From the NCBI GenBank assembly GCA_963933215.1, contig CAWVSB010000010.1:32256-96255 (forward strand): a stretch of DNA of 64,000 nucleotides, written 5' to 3'. This document shows, one piece after another, positions 38,739-48,319 of this stretch. Under the pieces are notes generated by a model. That model searched no databases. It was not told the DNA's origin and worked only from the letters and a program-made list of their open reading frames with translations. This DNA comes from an uncultured Cellvibrionales bacterium. Lineage in GTDB: Bacteria > Pseudomonadota > Gammaproteobacteria > Pseudomonadales > CAWVSB01. The first letter of the stretch is position 1. Every line of letters begins with the position of its first letter. A program made the position numbers and the translations under genes.

Positions 38739-39509
38739 ATGGGCAAAAGTGATCGCATAGACGTTTATTTGGTGGCCGGTGGTAAATACCACAATATTGA
38801 CCACGCCAGAGTTGAGATTTTAAAGCTATTAGCTGAGCAGCCGCGCATAAAAGTACAAGTGGGTAGCGATTACAGTGATATTGACGCTATTTGTGCAGCT
38901 GATTTTTTAATTACCTACACCTGCGATGTATTGCCCGAAGGTGACCAAACTCAGCGCTTAATTGAGTTTATACAAAGCGGCAAAAAATGGTTTGCACTGC
39001 ATGGCACTAATTCTATCTTGCGCTTTTTAGAACCCGATGAAGACGGCAACTTTAAAGTTGATTGCCCAGAAGAAAACCTATCATTTATGGAAATGCTGGG
39101 CAGCCAATTCAGGTCTCATCCGCCTATTCATGAATATGAAGTTCAAATAACAGAACCAGACCATCCCTTAGTAAAAGATATACCTCCTTTTAAAGTAGAT
39201 GATGAACTTTACTTATGTAAATTTTATGGTGAGCACCGCACATTGCTGCATACCAACTGGAGTGAGCCAGTGGCTAATTTTATTCGTGATGACTGGATGA
39301 AAGACACAGACCAACAGCCAGTACTTTATATCCACCCCTATGGCAAAGGCGAAGTATTGTATTTAACCCTAGGCCATTGCCGCGGTAAATACGATATGCA
39401 ACCGCTGATAGAGGAATATCCAATACTCGAAGAAGGTGCTTGGCGCACCGAGGAATTCTACGAGCTATTACGCCGCGGCATTGTTTGGTCAATGACTGAG
39501 ATTGCCTAA
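38739..39509 (+). CDS. ThuA-like domain protein
   Basis: FALHGTN, GSQFRSHPP, HPLV...FKVDDELY, GKGEVLYLTLGH. Confidence 0.8.
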   Translation: MGKSDRIDVYLVAGGKYHNIDHARVEILKLLAEQPRIKVQVGSDYSDIDAICAADFLITYTCDVLPEGDQTQRLIEFIQSGKKWFALHGTNSILRFLEPDEDGNFKVDCPEENLSFMEMLGSQFRSHPPIHEYEVQITEPDHPLVKDIPPFKVDDELYLCKFYGEHRTLLHTNWSEPVANFIRDDWMKDTDQQPVLYIHPYGKGEVLYLTLGHCRGKYDMQPLIEEYPILEEGAWRTEEFYELLRRGIVWSMTEIA

Positions 39510-39548
39510 ACCTCACACCATTAAGTGTCACAATAACTAGGAAAGACT

Positions 39549-40736
39549 ATGGATTTACAATTCAGCGAACAAGAACATACTTTTCAATTAGAGGTTCGCG
39601 AATTCTTGGCTAACAACCTTCCCGCTCATATCGTAGACAACGCCAAGCGTAACGGCGGCGTCTTCATGGAACAGGCAGAAGCCCTGCAGTGGCAAGAAAT
39701 TTTAGTTAGCAAGGGCTGGGCTGTACCCCAGTGGCCAGTGGAACATGGCGGCACTGATTGGACGCCAGCGCAAAAATATATTTTTAGTAAAGAGTGCTAT
39801 CACGCCGGCGCACCGATGCTAATTCCGCTTGGCTTATTAATGCTAGCGCCAGTTATTATGGCCTTTGGTAGTGACCAACAAAAAACCGATTACCTACCTA
39901 AAATACTCAGCGGTGAACATTATTGGTGCCAAGGTTACTCAGAGCCAGGGTCAGGCTCAGATTTAGCCAGCCTTAGCTTAAAAGCCGAATCAGCCGGCGA
40001 TGATTATCTTGTTAACGGCTCTAAAATCTGGACCACTCATGCCCACTTTGCTAGCCACATTTTTTGTTTGGTACGCACAGATAACAGCGTAAAACCACAA
40101 GCAGGCATTAGTTTTTTACTCATCGACATGAAAACTGCAGGTGTGGTGGTTGATCCCATTATTACCATGGCCGACGATCACGAGCTTAACCAAGTATTTT
40201 TTGAAGATGTTCGCGTACCAAAAACCAACCGCATAGGCGAAGAAAACAAAGGTTGGACCTACGCCAAATACTTGCTTGAATTTGAACGTGGCGGTGGTTT
40301 TTCAGCCCACCGTATTAAGCATGAAATTAATATGCTGAAAACACTATTAACCGACTTACAATCAGCAAATCCTTCGTTAAATGCCACTGGTGATATCAGC
40401 CGCAAACTAGCTCGTATTGAGATAGATTTAAAATCACTAGAGATAACCGAGTTAAGAATTTTATCGGCACTTAGCGCCGGCGGTAATCCAGGCGCTGAAT
40501 CGTCAATTATGAAATTGACAACCGTGCGTTTAGAACAAGCAGTCAATGAATTAATGGTGACAGTAACCGGCTATAACGGCTTTGCCATGAACAAACCAAC
40601 TGACGGTACGCCTTATCGCGACAATGATATAGCCACAGTGGTGCCACGTTATTTAAACAACCGTGCATCTTCAATCTTTGGTGGTTCACAAGAAGTACAA
40701 CGTAATATTGTTGCCAAAATGGTACTGGGGCTTTAA
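39549..40736 (+). CDS. Acyl-CoA dehydrogenase (PimC-like large subunit type)
   Basis: WCQGYSEPGSGSDLA, NGSKIWT, NQVFFEDVRVP, LEFER, SIFGGSQEVQRNI. Confidence 0.9.
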   Translation: MDLQFSEQEHTFQLEVREFLANNLPAHIVDNAKRNGGVFMEQAEALQWQEILVSKGWAVPQWPVEHGGTDWTPAQKYIFSKECYHAGAPMLIPLGLLMLAPVIMAFGSDQQKTDYLPKILSGEHYWCQGYSEPGSGSDLASLSLKAESAGDDYLVNGSKIWTTHAHFASHIFCLVRTDNSVKPQAGISFLLIDMKTAGVVVDPIITMADDHELNQVFFEDVRVPKTNRIGEENKGWTYAKYLLEFERGGGFSAHRIKHEINMLKTLLTDLQSANPSLNATGDISRKLARIEIDLKSLEITELRILSALSAGGNPGAESSIMKLTTVRLEQAVNELMVTVTGYNGFAMNKPTDGTPYRDNDIATVVPRYLNNRASSIFGGSQEVQRNIVAKMVLGL

Positions 40737-40857
40737 GTAGTCGGGGGCAGCTTAAACAGCAATGAACTAATTAGTAAAATAATTTATTAATTGACCAATA
40801 TCTGTAATATGTAGATCCAAATCACCATCTTCAATTACGATAAGACGACGACTACAG

Positions 40858-41292
40858 ATGAACAAGAGCTTTTCTGAAGCGAGCAATAGTAACGCTTACA
40901 TAAAACACACTATTAGTTTGCTAATTTTTTTGCATATATTTAGCGCAATAACAATTTTAGCAGCAGAATACTCTGACCAGCAATCTTATGAAAACCTTAC
41001 ATTACTACTTAAAGAAATTGATTATGTAGATATTAATGAAAGCAAAGGTGTTGCTAAGTATGGCGTCAGTTATGACGACATAAGCCATGAAACAATACTT
41101 TTTAAGGGGCAACAATACCAAACGATGCCAGATTTTTTTCTGCCAAAAAAAGCCAAAGCCAAAGCCAAAGCCAAAGCCAAAGCCAAAAACTTTACCATTG
41201 ATGGCGCACCCATTATATTAATGGGCGACACACCAACGGAACTGCCTACATTAGATGGCGCAACAATAAACATAGAACTAAAAATTCCCTAA
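40858..41292 (+). CDS. Hypothetical exported protein with an internal (KA)n tract
   Basis: N-terminal hydrophobic segment; in-frame hexamer repeat. Confidence 0.55.
   Translation: MNKSFSEASNSNAYIKHTISLLIFLHIFSAITILAAEYSDQQSYENLTLLLKEIDYVDINESKGVAKYGVSYDDISHETILFKGQQYQTMPDFFLPKKAKAKAKAKAKAKNFTIDGAPIILMGDTPTELPTLDGATINIELKIP
41149..41184 (+). repeat. Microsatellite (AAAGCC)x6
   Basis: Six perfect units, in frame (KAKAKAKAKAKA). Confidence 0.95.
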
Positions 41293-41313
41293 ATAAAAAC
41301 TAAAGGACTCACC

Positions 41314-41712
41314 ATGAAATCAGCATTAACCCATACTGGCCGTAGCCTACTCGCCCTCTATTTTCTTCTACCCGGCATCATGAAATTTGTACAGTGGGAT
41401 ATGCATGTCACATTAATGGAAAGCCACGGCATGACGATGGTGCCCGCGTTACTATTATTGGCTGGAATCATTCAAATTGGTGCAAGTGTTTTCCTATTAA
41501 TCAATAAGCAAGTAGTGATCTGCGCGCTTGGTCTAGCGGCGATGACTTTAATTATTAATGTAAACCTACATGATTTTTGGAATATATATGAAGGGGTAAA
41601 CGCTGAGCGTGAAACACAAAACTTTGTGAAAAATTTAGGCATTTTCGCCGGGCTGTTATTACTCGCTGCAGCGAACATACCCAGCTCTGAAAAAGCTGCT
41701 GCTAGCGCGTAA
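41314..41712 (+). CDS. DoxX family membrane protein
   Basis: GRSLLALYFLLPGIMK, HDFW, FVKNLGIFAGLL. Confidence 0.85.
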   Translation: MKSALTHTGRSLLALYFLLPGIMKFVQWDMHVTLMESHGMTMVPALLLLAGIIQIGASVFLLINKQVVICALGLAAMTLIINVNLHDFWNIYEGVNAERETQNFVKNLGIFAGLLLLAAANIPSSEKAAASA

Positions 41713-42162
41713 GACGATGGCTAGACTAGCCATTATTTAAATACGTTTGATAGCTCTATTATGAAACGTGAGGGCATGGTAAAAACTCTAAATAGCCGCT
41801 AATTTTTTAAATTAGTTTTTACTCTGCCTCCAAAATACCAGTCCGGCGCTGGACGATGTATCGAATAAGGCACCACTCGGATCGCTGCACTGGCTCTCCT
41901 TAGGCCAAGCGAAAAATTTGCTCGCACTGGCTAAACTTATGCCAAAGTTGTTAGTAAAGTGCCCCCCAGAGTTTGCCTAACACACTAGGAAAGATTAACC
42001 GCACTTAAGTATGACTTGGCAAAGTTTTTTGGCTTTAAATTTAATAGCATCTCTATTATTGCCATATTTTGTTAATTTTCGAAAAGTGTTCTTTAGCCTT
42101 TATCGCTCTCTTGCGTGTTGATAATTAACAATCTTGGAGCCTATCCTCAGCCATATCGCTGC

Positions 42163-42217
42163 GCGCAGATTGCGAATCGCTAGATGCAAATTGCAACTGC
42201 TGTGTTGCTATATGCGC
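42163..42217. promoter_or_regulatory. Three phased enhancer-like boxes (TGCA-W3-TGCA type)
   Basis: GCGCAGATTGCGA (42163), ATGCAAATTGCAA (42184), TTGCTATATGCGC (42205); 21-bp period. Confidence 0.6.
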
Positions 42218-42314
42218 TAGCTAGCCTTGATGGGCTTGATTTGCACGTGATCAGATTTCAGATAATCGGCCTCAAGCCCCGTCATTGCTAGCTTCGTCAC
42301 CTTTACTCAACACT

Positions 42315-42330
42315 TGGCACGCCAGTTGCT
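42315..42330 (+). promoter_or_regulatory. Sigma54 promoter of EPS operon 1
   Basis: TGGCACG-CCAG-TTGCT, consensus match. Confidence 0.85.
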
Positions 42331-42414
42331 TTAGTACTGTTAGTAGCAGCTACTATCCAGTCGCTGAGTTTGGCTCATGGACACCTGCCTCCATAGTATT
42401 CAAGGAAAAAGCGT

Positions 42415-43038
42415 ATGCAATCGTTACTAAAAACGAGCATTAAGCAAGATCAGGTTTTATTAATGTTATTTTTTCTATCCGGATCGACCGCCCTGGTTTA
42501 TCAGGTTATTTGGCAAAAGCTACTGTTTACTGCCTTCGGAGTCGACCTGCAGTCAACTGCCATTATCGTATCGACGTTTATGCTAGGCCTGGGTTTAGGT
42601 GCACTTGTTGGCGGTCAGTTTGCTGAAAAATATCCGAATGACCAGCTGTTATTTTTCGTCTTTGTAGAGGTGGGAATTGGTCTCTTTGGTTTCGCCAGCT
42701 ATGATGTAATTCGCTTTGTGGCTGAATCTTTTTTCGAGTATCCGTTGTTCGTTATAGGCACTGTAAATTTTCTGCTGCTGCTGTTCCCTACTTTACTAAT
42801 GGGTGCCACCTTGCCGGTACTGGTATCTCATCTCTATAAGCAATCTCGCAACGTCGGCACATCGATAGGAAGTCTCTATTTCGCAAATACCTGTGGCGCA
42901 GCCCTAGGATGCTTTTTCGGTGGTTTCATTTTTCTTAATTTTTTTTCCTATAGTGAAACGTTAATCATCGCGGCGATAACAAATATGGCGGTTGCGGCCC
43001 TCGCTTACCTATTTATTTATAGAGCTGAGATAGTATGA
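42415..43038 (+). CDS. Membrane protein, N-terminal module of fused MFS/spermidine-synthase-like family
   Basis: FFLSGSTALVYQVIW, FMLGLGLGA, PTLLMGATLP, LYFANTCGA; about 6 TM. Confidence 0.8.
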   Translation: MQSLLKTSIKQDQVLLMLFFLSGSTALVYQVIWQKLLFTAFGVDLQSTAIIVSTFMLGLGLGALVGGQFAEKYPNDQLLFFVFVEVGIGLFGFASYDVIRFVAESFFEYPLFVIGTVNFLLLLFPTLLMGATLPVLVSHLYKQSRNVGTSIGSLYFANTCGAALGCFFGGFIFLNFFSYSETLIIAAITNMAVAALAYLFIYRAEIV

Positions 43039-44624
43039 AAAAACTACGCTATTACATCCCATTTTGGTTATCACTGTTTGTCGGCTTTTCTAGTCTGAGC
43101 ATCGAAGTCCTCTGGATTAGAGTGGTATCATTTTCTGTTCACACTGTGCCACAAGCGTTCTCTTATGTACTGATTCTTTTTTTAGCAGGCATCGCAGCTG
43201 GGTCTTATATCGGCAAGCGTATGTGTGAGGTCCCCCATCGAGATTTATATGCGGTCTCAGCCGTAGTACTGATTCTGGCCGCCTTAGTAGATTTCGCGTC
43301 ACTGCGCTTAATCAACTTTGAGGATCGAATGCTGAATATTGGGCTGTATTCGCTACTTATTTTTGTGACCGCTATGCTTAAAAGTGTAGTTTTTCCGATT
43401 GCTCACCACTTGGGATCTAATCAGAGCGATAAAGTCGCTGCTTCTGTCTCCTATGTATATTTCGGCAACATCTTGGGTGCCACACTAGGACCTCTAGTTA
43501 CGACCTTTGTACTACTGCGCGTATTCACCACGACACAGTCATTTCTTGTGGTCAGTCTTGTCACATTGGCGACCGCATTGCTGGCACTAATGTGTAGTGA
43601 TAGAAAATTAGTGATTCTAAAGTTTTCGACTGTTCCAGCGCTAATAGCTGCCATTATCTTCAGTAATCTGCCTGACGACAAACTTTGGTATCGACTAATC
43701 GATGTTGGCCGCAAGCACGCTGAATACCCTAATAAACAATTCAAAGATAATTTTGAAAGCCAATATGGCGTAATCAATATTGAGGCAAATGATACTGGCG
43801 ACCTAGTATTCGGCTTTGGTAAATACGACGGCCGCCTAAATACCAGCCTCGCGCGAAATTCTAACGAAATCGATCGAGCCTATCGTATCGCCGGCTTCCA
43901 TACAGCGCCAAAACGCGTGCTCATAATCGGCTTTAGCACTGGCTCTTGGGCGAACGTTATTGCTTGGCTCCCTGGAGTAGAGCAGATAGAGATAGTTGAA
44001 ATAAACCCAGATTACATGAAGATGGCAAGTGGCAGACCTGAAGTATCGGCAATACTGGATAATAACAAGGTCAACTACCACGTCGATGATGGCCGTCGCT
44101 GGCTTAAGAGAAACCCTGACCAACGCTTCGATCTCATCGTAATGAACAGCTCTTATCACTTTCGCAACTCGGTGACACATGTGCTTTCAAAGGAGATGTT
44201 GGAACTGGCTCAGAGCCGTCTAAACAAGCGCGGTGTTTTCTACTTCAATACAACTGGCTCGCCAGATGCTTTTAGGACAGCCAACGAGGTATTTTCTGTT
44301 ACCAGTTCTTACAAATATTTTGTCGCTGCTAGTGACTCCCCATTCGTGCTTGATCGAGGCCCTACCCTTACACGTCTGGCCAATATGAAAAATGGCTCAG
44401 AGCTAGTGTTTGGCAACAGTCCCGCTGAGCTAGAGACGTTTAACAAAATGTTAGATATCGACATGGTTGAATTCTCGCAGGTAGTGTCATCATTGCCACG
44501 CGAGACAAAAATTATTACCGACAACACCCCCGTAACCGAATACCAATACGGTTGGCTAGCCGGAAAATTGGGCTTAATAGATCCCCAGCCATGGAAAGCC
44601 AGTTGGCCGCAATCAGGGAAATAA
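43035..44624 (+). CDS. Membrane module fused to a spermidine-synthase-like SAM-binding domain
   Basis: Second TM repeat (GFSSLSIEVLWIR, YFGNILGA), then PKRVLIIGFSTG, IVEINP, DDGRRWL, FDLIV, ITDN. ATGA overlap with the previous gene. Confidence 0.8.
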   Translation: MKKLRYYIPFWLSLFVGFSSLSIEVLWIRVVSFSVHTVPQAFSYVLILFLAGIAAGSYIGKRMCEVPHRDLYAVSAVVLILAALVDFASLRLINFEDRMLNIGLYSLLIFVTAMLKSVVFPIAHHLGSNQSDKVAASVSYVYFGNILGATLGPLVTTFVLLRVFTTTQSFLVVSLVTLATALLALMCSDRKLVILKFSTVPALIAAIIFSNLPDDKLWYRLIDVGRKHAEYPNKQFKDNFESQYGVINIEANDTGDLVFGFGKYDGRLNTSLARNSNEIDRAYRIAGFHTAPKRVLIIGFSTGSWANVIAWLPGVEQIEIVEINPDYMKMASGRPEVSAILDNNKVNYHVDDGRRWLKRNPDQRFDLIVMNSSYHFRNSVTHVLSKEMLELAQSRLNKRGVFYFNTTGSPDAFRTANEVFSVTSSYKYFVAASDSPFVLDRGPTLTRLANMKNGSELVFGNSPAELETFNKMLDIDMVEFSQVVSSLPRETKIITDNTPVTEYQYGWLAGKLGLIDPQPWKASWPQSGK

Positions 44625-44627
44625 CAC

Positions 44628-45692
44628 ATGAAACCAGCAACTGAGATTGCAAAAGATCTATCTATTATTATCGTAAGCTATAATACCAAGGAGCTTACCC
44701 GTAGCTGTATACAGTCAATATATGATTCTAAGCCGACTTCTAGCTTTGAGATAATCGTCTATGATAATGCGTCACATGACGGAAGCGTAGAAGCATTAGC
44801 TGACTATTTCCCTGAAATAAAAATCATGGCATCGGACACTAATATTGGTTTTGCTGCGGCCAATAATATTGCTCGCAGTAGTGCAACGGGGAAAAGGCTG
44901 CTACTACTAAATCCAGACACAAAAATAATCTCTGACGGAATCGACACATTATTTCAGTTTGCCAGCACACATGGAAAGCCTGGAATATTCGGTGGCGCTT
45001 CATACACATTATCGAATGAGCTTGATTATGGAAGCTGCTGGGGTAAACCTTCACTGTGGAGCCTTATTTGCAAGTCATTAGGACTGTCTATTATTGGACA
45101 AAATATCCAATTCCTAAATCCTGAAGCACTGCCCAATTTCCATAGAGACAGGGTGAGAGATGTCGCCGTGGTATGTGGCTGTTTTTTTATGCTAGACGCC
45201 GATATATGGGACCAACTGAATGGGTTTGATGATGACTACTTCATGTATAGCGAAGAAGCTGATTTATGTGCCAGAGCACAAATCATGGGACATGATTGTG
45301 TCTTCGTTCCAGAAGCCAAAATCATGCATATAGGGTCCGCATCAGAAAGCAACAAGTCGCATAAGACAACGAAATTACTCAATGGAAAATCACTCTATTA
45401 TCAAAAACACTGGAGTGGCGTAGAGAGACTGTGTGCCGGCTTACTGACTGACATCTTTGTGTTGTCGAGAACGTGTGGATTTAATCTCGCAGCTACTGTT
45501 TTCAAAAGATATAGCGATCAAGCGACACATTGGTCAACAGTCTGGGCAAGTAGAAAGAAGTGGCATATAAAATACACCGTACTCGGAAGAACAGTCACCT
45601 GTAAAGTCAGTAAACTTCTGGATGAGCATCGACAACTAGATACAGTAACTTACTACGAGATATACGATTCGTCTCAGGGTAAATTACCATGA
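44628..45692 (+). CDS. Glycosyltransferase family 2
   Basis: IIIVSYN, DNASHDGS, GFAAANN, LLNPD, GFDDDYFMYSEEADLC. Confidence 0.9.
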   Translation: MKPATEIAKDLSIIIVSYNTKELTRSCIQSIYDSKPTSSFEIIVYDNASHDGSVEALADYFPEIKIMASDTNIGFAAANNIARSSATGKRLLLLNPDTKIISDGIDTLFQFASTHGKPGIFGGASYTLSNELDYGSCWGKPSLWSLICKSLGLSIIGQNIQFLNPEALPNFHRDRVRDVAVVCGCFFMLDADIWDQLNGFDDDYFMYSEEADLCARAQIMGHDCVFVPEAKIMHIGSASESNKSHKTTKLLNGKSLYYQKHWSGVERLCAGLLTDIFVLSRTCGFNLAATVFKRYSDQATHWSTVWASRKKWHIKYTVLGRTVTCKVSKLLDEHRQLDTVTYYEIYDSSQGKLP

Positions 45693-46711
45693 CTGCATGG
45701 AACGTGAAAAGTCTAACTCGGTCCGAGTGGTTGTCGCTCGCTCCGACTTATACCGATTACAACTATCAGCAGACGCTTGGCTATCTTGAGACAATAACCG
45801 AAGCTCAGAATTCACTTCTGGAGTTAGTTGGTGTCTATGAAAACGCTGAGCTACGTGGGATCGCCGGTGTTCGCATTAAGCGAATACCCATATTAAACAG
45901 CGGCGTGGCATATCTGGCTGGGGGGCCATTAGTTCTGCGACCGCAAGTGAACCTGATGACATTCACCCAAGTTACCAGTGCCCTTGCCCATCACTACGCG
46001 CGAGAACAAAACTATGCTCTACGTATAGCTGCGCCCATCTGGGATATCTCGACGGTTGTCGATCAAATCAGCAGTCTCGAAAAACTGGGCTTTAGCCGCA
46101 ATACCTTTTTACCTCACTACTCTACTTCGGTGCTGGACTTGTCGATTGGAGAAGAGCAACTAAAAAAGAATTTTCATAAAAAGTGGCGCTACCTCCTTAA
46201 TGCCTCATTACGCAATAAACTAACCATCAGAACGGGTACCATCGAGCGATACTATGAAGAGTTTTTCACGTTATTTGAAGCTCACAAAAACAGAAAAGGA
46301 TTTAGCGTAAACCTTGAACCTGATTTTTACCGACAGGTAGAACGGAGCACCGAAAACAACAAGGACTATATTATACAGTTGGTGGAACAAGATGGTGTGG
46401 TAATTGCCGGTCATATTGGATCTTATGTGGGCGATACAGCGGTGTATTTGTTCGGTGCCTCAAGCGTGCAGGGCAACGCTGTTGGTGCACCCTACCTGCT
46501 GCAGTTTCAGGCAATCCGGAAGGCTATTGAGCTCGGAATTAATAACTACGACACCGGCGGGATGGATCAAGAAAATAATCCTGGAGTATATACTTTTAAG
46601 AATAGAATGAAGGGTGAACTAGTAACGTCGGCTAGTTTCTTTGACTACTCAACGGGCATTAGACAGAAGGTCGCATTGGCGGCAGAGAAAATTTATCGGC
46701 TATTGAAGTAG
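45689..46711 (+). CDS. FemAB/FemX-like (GNAT) aminoacyltransferase
   Basis: YQQT, YLAGGP, LDLS...KKWRYLL, AVYLFGAS, YDTGG...PGVYTFK. Confidence 0.75.
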   Translation: MTAWNVKSLTRSEWLSLAPTYTDYNYQQTLGYLETITEAQNSLLELVGVYENAELRGIAGVRIKRIPILNSGVAYLAGGPLVLRPQVNLMTFTQVTSALAHHYAREQNYALRIAAPIWDISTVVDQISSLEKLGFSRNTFLPHYSTSVLDLSIGEEQLKKNFHKKWRYLLNASLRNKLTIRTGTIERYYEEFFTLFEAHKNRKGFSVNLEPDFYRQVERSTENNKDYIIQLVEQDGVVIAGHIGSYVGDTAVYLFGASSVQGNAVGAPYLLQFQAIRKAIELGINNYDTGGMDQENNPGVYTFKNRMKGELVTSASFFDYSTGIRQKVALAAEKIYRLLK

Positions 46712-46876
46712 CTAGACTGCTATCATTATTGGCTTATACTAGCTCAAAAATTTTCTGCGCGGATCTACTGGTAGTATCGGTGATAAATACATTGCTACCT
46801 AAACATGATACGTATCTATTAGCCGAAGCTCCGCAGCACCAGCGATTACTTCCGACCAGCGTATGGAATATATAAA

Positions 46877-48154
46877 ATGCTTCGACTGGTGCCACTGCCA
46901 ATTGCTATTTTTCTCGCGTCATTGCTGCTACCACCAGAGCTTTCTGTAGAACTAGGATCTCTGCGCTTATCTGGGTATCGCATTGTACTCCTAGTGATGT
47001 TTTTACCCTGCCTCTATCAGCTATTAACTGACCCTACTACAAAGATTAGTATCGCCGACTACTTAATGTTTTTTACTACAGCGTGGTGTCTACTCTCACT
47101 TCTGCTTAACCATAATTTTAGTTACATGTTAGAAACTGGCGGCATGTTGGCAATAGAAATGCTGGGAGCCTATCTTCTGGCGCGGATCTATATTTGTTCA
47201 TTAGATGCATTTGTGGCTACTGCAAAAATGTTTGTGCTATTAATTTGCGCTCTACTTATATTTGCGATACCTGAATCTATCACCGGACAACACTACTTGC
47301 GCGGACCTATAGAGTTTGTTTATCCGAAGCGTCTGGGCCTGCATCGTGTCTACGGCCCGTTTGATCATCCAATTTTATTTGGCGTGTTCTGCGCGTTGGG
47401 TCTTTCTTATGCTTATTATATATTTGCGGGCGGGGCAGTTAATAGCTTCAAGAAATTTGGCGTTATAATGTTAATTGTTATTGCTACATTTCTGTCAGTC
47501 TCTGCTGGTCCGTTAATCGCATTGTTCGCGCAAATCGGGTTAATTCTCTGGGAGAAAATGACTCGTACTATTCCAGGACGGTGGTGGTTCACTACCGGAG
47601 GACTGGTGCTTGTTTATATTGTGTTAGATTTACTATCGAACCGTTCGCCTATCGCATTAGCAATTAGCTATGCCAGTTTCTCAGGTCAAACTGCATACTT
47701 TCGCCTGTTAATTTTCGACTATGGCAGTGCTGAGGTTATGAACAATTTCATGCTAGGTATTGGCTTCAATGAGTGGAATCGCCCGTCCTGGATGCCATCG
47801 TCTGTAGATAACTTTTGGCTACTGACGGCAATGCGCTATGGTCTGCCATGTCTCATCGCTATGATTGCGGCAATTGTATATCTCGTTATCAAGACTGCCA
47901 AAAGAAAGTCAGATTCTTTACCAATGAAGAATGCTGCAAAAGCATGGGCAGTTGGGCTGGCGGGTCTAATGATAGTAGGCTGTACCGTAACTTTTTGGAA
48001 TTCTCTGTTTGTACTTTTCTTCTATTCGCTCGGCAGTGGCTGCTGGTTTTTGGAGTCACAAAAGAGACCGTCTAATCACCCGGCGGGGCTAACTCCAGAC
48101 GACCATTATACGATACTACCGCCACCAATGACTGACAGAAAAACCCTATTCTAG
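46877..48154 (+). CDS. wzy: O-antigen ligase/Wzy-type polysaccharide polymerase
   Basis: More than 10 TM segments; RVYGPFDHPILFG, FRLLIF, LGIG, VDNFWL. Confidence 0.7.
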   Translation: MLRLVPLPIAIFLASLLLPPELSVELGSLRLSGYRIVLLVMFLPCLYQLLTDPTTKISIADYLMFFTTAWCLLSLLLNHNFSYMLETGGMLAIEMLGAYLLARIYICSLDAFVATAKMFVLLICALLIFAIPESITGQHYLRGPIEFVYPKRLGLHRVYGPFDHPILFGVFCALGLSYAYYIFAGGAVNSFKKFGVIMLIVIATFLSVSAGPLIALFAQIGLILWEKMTRTIPGRWWFTTGGLVLVYIVLDLLSNRSPIALAISYASFSGQTAYFRLLIFDYGSAEVMNNFMLGIGFNEWNRPSWMPSSVDNFWLLTAMRYGLPCLIAMIAAIVYLVIKTAKRKSDSLPMKNAAKAWAVGLAGLMIVGCTVTFWNSLFVLFFYSLGSGCWFLESQKRPSNHPAGLTPDDHYTILPPPMTDRKTLF

Positions 48155-48319
48155 CGTTTATATCAAGCAGGCTATTTTTTAGCACTTAATCGCAACTGTA
48201 CACAGGTTACTGACATGTTATCTTAGAAGCTCTAATAATTATTATCTGCGGCTTTTAAGCTTCTGCGAAAACACAACCCAAATTTACTAACATTTGTACG
48301 AGACACCAGGACCGCAAGC

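Noticed and set aside
41713..42160. ncRNA or CRISPR-like array in the long intergenic region
   Set aside because: Only short scattered repeats (GCACTGGCT twice) and weak stems; no regular repeat-spacer period or recognisable RNA family.
42415..44624. Frameshifted pseudogene of a fused MFS/spermidine synthase, or a true speE
   Set aside because: The break is a clean ATGA overlap at a module boundary, both ORFs are intact, and the GGGDG motif of SpeE is absent.
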